38,091 nucleotides of DNA from a virus. The DNA lies in the IMG/VR virus record IMGVR_UViG_3300035099_000586. One strand, written 5' to 3'. Made by a program: the position numbers and the translations under genes. Each line of letters begins with the position of its first letter. The first letter of the stretch is position 1. Shown one piece after another: positions 1 through 5,869 of this stretch. Under the pieces are notes generated by a model. The model worked only from the letters and a program-made list of their open reading frames with translations, searched no databases and was not told the origin of the DNA.

Positions 1-112
1 TTAACAAGAAGCTGGAGCAGTTTACGCTATACTCCATTTTATGGTGCCACTCCTCCACCGCTCATAATGAATTAAAAGAGGCTTACCGATTTAAACTTCG
101 ACTTGAGGTTAT

Positions 113-125
113 TGGTAGCCCGGGA
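113..125. repeat. Third copy of the attachment core (TGGTAGCCCGGGA)
   Basis: 13/13 match to the cores at 766-778 and 37966-37978; flanked by inverted arms ACCGATTTAAAC (85-96) and GTTCAAATATCGGT (129-142). Confidence 0.85.
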
Positions 126-255
126 TAGGTTCAAATATCGGTTCAAAATATCGGGGTTAAGACGAGATTCCTTTTTTCTGGAAAATACCCATGGAAAAGC
201 CTTAAAATCAAATTTAAAAGCGAATCGCTTGTGTAGGTTCGTCAAGTCATGAAAA

Positions 256-636
256 TTACGTTAAACTTCGTATAAACGAGGGAAATGACAAAATAGTTTT
301 AATGAGCAAGCCAGCAACAAAAACATAGAAGACGTAGAAGTTGAAAAACCTCGTTACTGCGTATTCGACAGTTAATACCCCTAATGAAGTTAGGCTTATC
401 CCCCAAAAGGCTACACGCTCTACCTTTTCCATTTCGATGCTTGACGGTTTACGCCATGCGAATAAGGTCCACGCGAACCTGAAAATAAAAAATATACCTA
501 TTATGGGAACAAGAATCAGAAGCCAATCGACTGTTTGCGTAATTGCGTAAGAATATGTTAGAAATACAAAACTGAGTAGCATCATAGTCCAAAAGGCAAT
601 TCCATCAGCCCTTTCTGAAAAACCTGTTCTTTTCAT
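256..636 (-). CDS. Small multi-pass membrane protein (about 4 TM), function unknown
   Basis: 126-aa ORF with four hydrophobic stretches; the only gene between att cores 1 and 2. Confidence 0.7.
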   Translation of the reverse strand: MKRTGFSERADGIAFWTMMLLSFVFLTYSYAITQTVDWLLILVPIIGIFFIFRFAWTLFAWRKPSSIEMEKVERVAFWGISLTSLGVLTVEYAVTRFFNFYVFYVFVAGLLIKTILSFPSFIRSLT

Positions 637-765
637 AATTATTTCACAGCCTCAGTGTATCGCTATTTCAGTTGTTTCTTATATTCGGAATATGAAGTTA
701 AAAATATTTCGTAGATTGAAAGAAGGAACACCGATAATTTGAACCCTGTACTGGCTACGGTTTGT

Positions 766-779
766 TGGTAGCCCGGGAG
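766..779. repeat. attL core of the provirus (TGGTAGCCCGGGAG)
   Basis: Exact 14-bp direct repeat with 37966-37979, 31 bp beyond the integrase stop. Confidence 0.9.
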
Positions 780-810
780 AGCCCATGCTCTAGGGTTACA
801 TTTATACTTT

Positions 811-2163
811 TTATTTTGTTGTTGCATGTGTTTCGTCTCGGATTTCTTTTAGTAGTTCTTGTTTTAGGGCTATGCTGAGCTGGTGTAGTTGGCGTTCTTC
901 TAGTTGGTCGCGGGTGATGATTGTTGTGTTGGGTCGTGTAAGGGCTTCTTTGGTTAGGATTTCTTCTGGGTTTAGTCCCCATGCGCGGATGATTTCTTTG
1001 AGGGCGTCGATTTTGCTGACTCGTGTTTTTGGTCTGATGCTTAGTGCTGCTGCTGTGTAGATGCCTCTAAGGTATTCGATGCCTTTCATTTGGATGTCGT
1101 GGTACGTGCTGATCGTGTGACCCATCATGTACTCGATGTAGTCTGTGGGCATTCCGAGGGCGGCGAGTTGGGTTCGGAAGAATTTACGGATGCTGTGGAC
1201 GCGTAGGTCGTAAAGTCTGCCTAGGGATTTTTGCGGGATTAAGCCTGCTTTTTGGTAGAGTTCGTGGATTAGGCTGTGTACGGCTTGGGTTGTTAGGGGA
1301 GCGGGTCTGCGTAGTTGCATGTTTCTTAGGAGTGGTGAGTCGTCGTGTATGTTTTCTGGTGGGATTTTTTCGGTGCCTTGGCGTCTGGCTTGCAGGTAAA
1401 GCCTGAGGTAGTCGGCTGCTTCTTGGCCTATGAATGTGTCGTAGTCGTGGTATTTGCCTTTGGTGATTTCGGCTTCTACGTGGATGTGGATTGGGGTTAT
1501 GCCTTTTTCTAGGTCTCGTTTGACGTGTCGGTATTGGAGTTTTACGAGTGTTCCTGTGCGGAATCCGCCGAGTGCGAGCATGCTGATGATGGTTTTGGTG
1601 CGTATGTCTGCCATGTCGATTATGGTTGCGAGTTCTTCTGGTGTTGGTGCGCGGTCTTTGTAGATGCTGCGTTTTGGTAGGCTGTAGGGTAGTTCGAGTT
1701 TTAGGTTGTTTGCGCGGAATAGGGCTTTGACGCCTTTGATGTGGTTGCTGACAGTGCCTGGCGCTAGGTTTTCGGCTTGGAGTTCGCCTACGAAGTCGTC
1801 GAGGAGTCGGTTGTATTTGGCTATGGCTTTGGGGTTGGCGTCTCCGTCTGGGTCTGTGCAATTTCTGATCAACTGGTCGGGTTGGGTGTTGAGCCATTTG
1901 CAGAAGCGGTAGATGCCGTAGAGATATTGATAGAGTGTTCCTGGGCTTGCGGTTCTGTGGCGGAGAAGGTGTTTGGCAAGTTGTAGGGTTGATTCGTTGC
2001 TGAAGGCGAAGGAGACTAGTGCGGGCATTTTCCAGCTTAGGCTATTGATTATGTATTGTTGTAGTTTTTCTTCTGCTGCTGACTGCGGTTCTGGAAGCTG
2101 GAGTGCTATTGGAGCTTTGAGTTTTTTGCCGAGGGGGCTGTGGGTTATGGTCATTGTTTGCAT
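811..2163 (-). CDS. int: Tyrosine recombinase/integrase
   Basis: GGFRTGTL (R), ITKGK (K), HSIRKFFR (HxxR), MMGH and downstream Tyr (TISTY); lies at the att end. Confidence 0.93.
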   Translation of the reverse strand: MQTMTITHSPLGKKLKAPIALQLPEPQSAAEEKLQQYIINSLSWKMPALVSFAFSNESTLQLAKHLLRHRTASPGTLYQYLYGIYRFCKWLNTQPDQLIRNCTDPDGDANPKAIAKYNRLLDDFVGELQAENLAPGTVSNHIKGVKALFRANNLKLELPYSLPKRSIYKDRAPTPEELATIIDMADIRTKTIISMLALGGFRTGTLVKLQYRHVKRDLEKGITPIHIHVEAEITKGKYHDYDTFIGQEAADYLRLYLQARRQGTEKIPPENIHDDSPLLRNMQLRRPAPLTTQAVHSLIHELYQKAGLIPQKSLGRLYDLRVHSIRKFFRTQLAALGMPTDYIEYMMGHTISTYHDIQMKGIEYLRGIYTAAALSIRPKTRVSKIDALKEIIRAWGLNPEEILTKEALTRPNTTIITRDQLEERQLHQLSIALKQELLKEIRDETHATTK

Positions 2164-2189
2164 TGGCTTTTTTTCGCTCCGTTTCCGTT

Positions 2190-2540
2190 TTACTTTGGCT
2201 GAGTTTTTCGCTTCGTGGTCTGAGGCGCATACTCAGCGTTAGTTTCTTTAGTGTTTGAGCGATTTATAGACCCGCTTGGAAATTTTTGTAAGGGTAGCTT
2301 GTGGATTTCTAGTATGCAGTTTTTCAGAATTATGAGTCCGCTTCCTGAGCCTGCTGGTAGCTGTTCGTATGGGTATGTTCTGTCGTGTTCGATGAGTATT
2401 AGTTCGTTGTTTTGTTTTGTTAGCCATCCGATGGTTTCGCGTTCTGCAGCGTCTTCAACTGGAGTGGGGATGTTCCTGTAGAGAAGATGGTCTTTGTAGC
2501 GGACGTAGACTGCTGAGCCGAGGGGGATGGCTTTGGTCAT
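2190..2540 (-). CDS. Small beta-barrel (Sm/SH3-like) viral protein
   Basis: VYVRYKD...ETIGWL...ILIEHD...GLIILKNCILEI pattern; resembles 11861..12259. Confidence 0.6.
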   Translation of the reverse strand: MTKAIPLGSAVYVRYKDHLLYRNIPTPVEDAAERETIGWLTKQNNELILIEHDRTYPYEQLPAGSGSGLIILKNCILEIHKLPLQKFPSGSINRSNTKETNAEYAPQTTKRKTQPK

Positions 2541-2560
2541 TGTTTGTGCCTCTGGCGGTG

Positions 2561-2803
2561 TTATTTGAAGAAGAGTTCGTCTCTGACAGTTTCGCTGATC
2601 CTAACATACTTGCGGGATCTGCAGAAAGCCAATATCTTAGTGAGTAGTGGATCAGCGTTGTTGTCGAATTGTTTTTTGAAGCCGAGTTTTCCTATGGCAA
2701 CACGGACTTCAATGGCTCCATCTGTGCTTAACACTTGGTAGTAGCCTTGCTTGTCGCCTGCGTATTCCTGCAGTACTTCCCAATTTTCAACAAGATTAAC
2801 CAA
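2561..2803 (-). CDS. Hypothetical protein
   Basis: TTG start preceded by GAGGTGA; first gene of the leftward operon ending in int. Confidence 0.7.
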   Translation of the reverse strand: MVNLVENWEVLQEYAGDKQGYYQVLSTDGAIEVRVAIGKLGFKKQFDNNADPLLTKILAFCRSRKYVRISETVRDELFFK

Positions 2804-2862
2804 AGTGTTGTTTCACCTCTAAACTATGTTGCCACAAGACTTTAAGACAATTCTGGCACCGC

Positions 2863-2980
2863 CAAAGCACAGTGTGCTCTGATGGCTTTCACAAAGAATA
2901 GTGTGCCTTGATGGGACTACCAAAGCATAGTGTTAAAGAACGGACATATAGATGGGACTTGCCATCTTCTGAGTGGCAAG
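2863..2980. repeat. Three degenerate 29-bp-period tandem repeats followed by a hairpin
   Basis: CAAAGCACAGTGT at 2863, CAAAGAATAGTGT at 2892, CAAAGCATAGTGT at 2921; inverted repeat CTTGCCA (2958-2964)/TGGCAAG (2974-2980). Confidence 0.75.
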
Positions 2981-3029
2981 GAGAAGCTGATTTAGGCTAA
3001 AACTTTAACTGTCAAGACAAGATATTGAA

Positions 3030-3482
3030 TTGGGAATCGCGTTGGAGAAAGAGACTGACGAGTTCTTCGAAAATGCTTTCTCAATGATACTCGAAAAATT
3101 GACAAATGAAGAAAAGGTCGAATATGAAGACGAGCTTGCTGAGGAAGGAAAGACTTTCAAGGAGTTAACTCCCAGAAATCGGTTTTTCAGTTTGGTTAGA
3201 TTCATAGAAGTTAAATACGTAATGATGGCAAAATGGATAAAAAGCATTTCCAAAAGTCTTGTACTCATAAACGAGTCATACAATGGGGAATCCCCTCTGA
3301 AAGATATCGTCTTCATAGATGAAGCGCAAAACAAAGTGAGCTTTGGAGATTTCCAGAAACAGGAACACAAATTCGAGGAGTTAGCTGATAGTTTCAAACA
3401 GGTACTTCAACAGATGGAATTGATGCCGGACTATGAAAACTACCTCAGGTCTTCAGGACTCGTGCGTGAGAAGGAGTGGTAG
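3030..3482 (+). CDS. Hypothetical acidic alpha-helical protein (start uncertain)
   Basis: 150-aa ORF, first of three tightly packed plus-strand genes. Confidence 0.6.
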   Translation: MGIALEKETDEFFENAFSMILEKLTNEEKVEYEDELAEEGKTFKELTPRNRFFSLVRFIEVKYVMMAKWIKSISKSLVLINESYNGESPLKDIVFIDEAQNKVSFGDFQKQEHKFEELADSFKQVLQQMELMPDYENYLRSSGLVREKEW

Positions 3483-4064
3483 ATGACAACCCATAGCCGA
3501 AGGCTTCAGTTTCTTCAAGTTTTCTTAACAAAGGTGCTTGGACTGCAACCTATGGTCATCCATGGTCGCAATGCAGGAGTCTTTGAGCTCTACTGTTATT
3601 TCAGGAAAGTAGAATCATTCATCAAGAGAGGGAAAACCATCAGGGTCAACAATGTTGTCGGTGGAGTATTCAAACCTAATCTTAGACCTAACAGCGCATC
3701 CGCTGGATCATATATTTCCCTCACGGAACCTGGCGCAAAAAGTTTTGATCTCATCCTGAATGGGCAGTTTCGTGGAAAATCGGGAGCAGATCATTCGCCT
3801 GACATAACTTTGATGGAAAGCGGGACTGACCTAATTCTGTCAATCTATGAATGCAAGCTTCATGCTAGAAGTCTAAACTTGAGATACTGTAGAGAATTTC
3901 TAGGATTTTTGAATGAGCTCAAGATCCCAAATCACAAATACTCTTCTTCAACCAGAAACTTGTACCCTGAATTGAGATCGTCGATTTTCACCACGGCGTC
4001 GAAACCTTGGTCAGCTATTCAAATGCAGACTAAATACGACTTTGACATAGTAGACCAACTTTGA
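3483..4064 (+). CDS. Mrr-like PD-(D/E)xK restriction endonuclease domain protein
   Basis: GKSGADHSPDITL...IYECK...CREFLG matches the Mrr_cat pattern (G.SG..H..D...ECK...V..F.G). Confidence 0.7.
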   Translation: MTTHSRRLQFLQVFLTKVLGLQPMVIHGRNAGVFELYCYFRKVESFIKRGKTIRVNNVVGGVFKPNLRPNSASAGSYISLTEPGAKSFDLILNGQFRGKSGADHSPDITLMESGTDLILSIYECKLHARSLNLRYCREFLGFLNELKIPNHKYSSSTRNLYPELRSSIFTTASKPWSAIQMQTKYDFDIVDQL

Positions 4065-4067
4065 GCT

Positions 4068-4529
4068 GTGACCGGAGTCGGAAATCGTATGATGAAGAAA
4101 AGATGGTATTCCAGTATCGGAAACGATAAGATCGAAGTCATAGAATGTCTCGATTCAGGAAATCGAAGAGTGTGGATAAAATTCGAGCCTGCAGATAAGT
4201 CTAAGCCGATGGAAGTCTGCAACATTCTTGATCAGCCTCAAAAAGTAAGTTGGAGATACAAGAACAGTCACTTTGAAACCGTCAGTGACAATGGCAAGAG
4301 CAATTACTATGCAGCTTCATCAGCAGGCAGCCTTCAGCTCGGATCAGGAACAACAAACATTGCGAAGAATGCCGGGAGCAAGGTAATTATCTTTCCCTTG
4401 GATAGCGGTAGTAGCTTGGACATACTTGGATACACTCAAGCTAGCGATCGATTTGCCATAGCAGTCGACAAGCCCACGTGGATTGGCTATGTAGTCAGTG
4501 GAAGCGGAAGCATAAACCCTATACAATAG
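4068..4529 (+). CDS. Hypothetical beta-rich protein (likely start ATG at about 4089)
   Basis: 153-aa ORF; a GGAG precedes the internal ATG. Confidence 0.6.
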   Translation: MTGVGNRMMKKRWYSSIGNDKIEVIECLDSGNRRVWIKFEPADKSKPMEVCNILDQPQKVSWRYKNSHFETVSDNGKSNYYAASSAGSLQLGSGTTNIAKNAGSKVIIFPLDSGSSLDILGYTQASDRFAIAVDKPTWIGYVVSGSGSINPIQ

Positions 4530-4548
4530 CAAAACAGTCGCCTAGTGA

Positions 4549-4980
4549 CTATTCACTCTGGAGTTTGCTACGCTGTATGCGACGTTTGGAAGAGTGAAGA
4601 GGAAGTAATGTCACTATTGCAGCTAGGATTTCCAATGCTACATCTTGCGTCATTATGTCGAGAAGTTCTTCCGAGCTGAATGAGTCAAGCACTACCGTTA
4701 GAAGAGCCTTTGCCGTCAACTCGTATATCATAGCCTCGAAACCTGCCTTCGTATTATGAATTCCGACAATTCTAAGATAATCTGCTTGCTCGAGGGCTCT
4801 TACTCGCTTGTTAACATTTCCATAGTGGATGCCTCTTAGTCTCCTCATAGCTCTTAGACTTTTGTGTATGTCGTAGATTGTTTGTGGTCCTTTCAGTGCG
4901 AGGGTTTGGAATATGGCGTGGTTGAGTTTGGCTTCTCTGCCTTTGAATACTTGGAGTTTTGTGGTTTTTGGTTTGGGCAA
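4549..4980 (-). CDS. Winged-HTH transcriptional regulator
   Basis: IFQTLALKGPQTIYDIHKSL...HYGNVNKRVRALEQADYLRIV, a wHTH signature. Confidence 0.75.
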   Translation of the reverse strand: MPKPKTTKLQVFKGREAKLNHAIFQTLALKGPQTIYDIHKSLRAMRRLRGIHYGNVNKRVRALEQADYLRIVGIHNTKAGFEAMIYELTAKALLTVVLDSFSSEELLDIMTQDVALEILAAIVTLLPLHSSKRRIQRSKLQSE

Positions 4981-5079
4981 TGGCTTCTCGTGCCAGCTGT
5001 GACTGGCAAAAACCTGAAATATGTGCTGAGGGGGTTATTCACGTTAATTTACACATTTTTGTGTCTAAAAAACTGGGAA

Positions 5080-5233
5080 AAAACATTTCGGCAGACAGAA
5101 AAACACTTAGCGGAAAAAGGTTTCGGCATGCCGATATATAAACAAAATTCTAGTCTCAATGATAGAAGTGTGTGTCTCGGAAGGCTTACTGTGTTGTTTT
5201 TGGCGGGGTGTTTTCTGCGTGCCGAAATGTTTT
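5080..5233. promoter_or_regulatory. Promoter/operator region of the wHTH gene
   Basis: Minus-strand TTTATATA at 5135-5142 abuts the perfect palindrome TCGGCATGCCGA (5123-5134); 14-bp perfect inverted repeat AAAACATTTCGGCA (5080-5093)/TGCCGAAATGTTTT (5220-5233). Confidence 0.65.
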
Positions 5234-5422
5234 AACGGGTGTTAAAGTTATGACTATTGCATCTTTTTCTATTGTGACTTTTGTTTCAAAATCTTGGTTA
5301 AGAAGTGGATTGGTGATTTCGTGGTATTTTCGTGGAATATCCAAAGTGATGCGTTCATATTCGTATATGCGTTTGCTTTTCAGGTAACGTTTTTTTGAGA
5401 CTCTGCGATGGAGTCTAGTCAA
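5186..5422 (-). CDS. AbrB/SpoVT-like small DNA-binding protein
   Basis: Basic N-terminus and RITLDIPRKY...TKVTIEKDAIVITLTP swapped-hairpin pattern. Confidence 0.55.
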   Translation of the reverse strand: MTRLHRRVSKKRYLKSKRIYEYERITLDIPRKYHEITNPLLNQDFETKVTIEKDAIVITLTPVKTFRHAENTPPKTTQ

Positions 5423-5477
5423 TTACTGCACAGACCTTAATGATTCTATATTATTCTGCAAGCTTACACTGATTGGT

Positions 5478-5648
5478 TTAAAAAGAGTTGCGGCACAAAG
5501 ACATTATAGAATAGCACAGAGAGTAGAGTGAAAGTGAATCAGCCTTCAAAAAATTTTCCGTCTCAAGAATTGTCTTGACAAGAGGATGTGTTTCCTCTTT
5601 TTCAACTAATCGGAGACTCTTTATGTGGCGCAACAACTCTCGTAACAT
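5478..5648 (-). CDS. Small hypothetical protein
   Basis: ATG at 5648 overlaps the TAA of the upstream ORF (TAATG coupling). Confidence 0.3.
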   Translation of the reverse strand: MLRELLRHIKSLRLVEKEETHPLVKTILETENFLKADSLSLYSLCYSIMSLCRNSF

Positions 5649-5869
5649 TATTGGTCTAGCTGCACAAAGGATACATCTCCCCACAACTCATCTCTGGAAG
5701 TTATCAAGTCTCTAAAAATGGTCGTCCACCAAGGTTTTTTCATCAATATGTGGTGGCTGGCAGCTTGGCTTCTTTTGATGGTTCCTTTTGAGCATCCTTC
5801 ATAAGAGCATGCGTGATCATGCCTTTTGACCCTTACGACTTTTAATGAAGGTTTTGGAAGACCCACCAT
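5648..5869 (-). CDS. Small Cys/His-containing hypothetical protein
   Basis: 73-aa ATG ORF overlapping the end of the 855-aa gene and coupled to the next ORF. Confidence 0.35.
   Translation of the reverse strand: MVGLPKPSLKVVRVKRHDHACSYEGCSKGTIKRSQAASHHILMKKPWWTTIFRDLITSRDELWGDVSFVQLDQ

Noticed and set aside
113-160. tRNA gene at att copy 1 (TGGTAG and GGTTCAAAT resemble D- and T-loops)
   Set aside because: No T-stem, anticodon arm or acceptor pairing can be built on either strand; GGTTCAAAT belongs to the inverted arm and is locally duplicated.
1184-1897. 237-aa Arg/Pro/Thr-rich ORF and similar overlapping ORFs (e.g. 16000..16404, 36763..37152)
   Set aside because: Alternative-frame or antisense shadows of real genes, produced by the strong strand skew; low-complexity translations.
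2863-2959. Mini-CRISPR array
   Set aside because: The units are degenerate, 29-bp period leaves no room for spacers, and no cas genes are present.
3030-4529. One long gene with TAG/TGA readthrough (Pyl/Sec or recoding), since the three ORFs share a frame
   Set aside because: GGAG-type RBS motifs precede the internal starts, two different stop codons would need suppression, and TAG and TGA are ordinary terminal stops elsewhere in the window.
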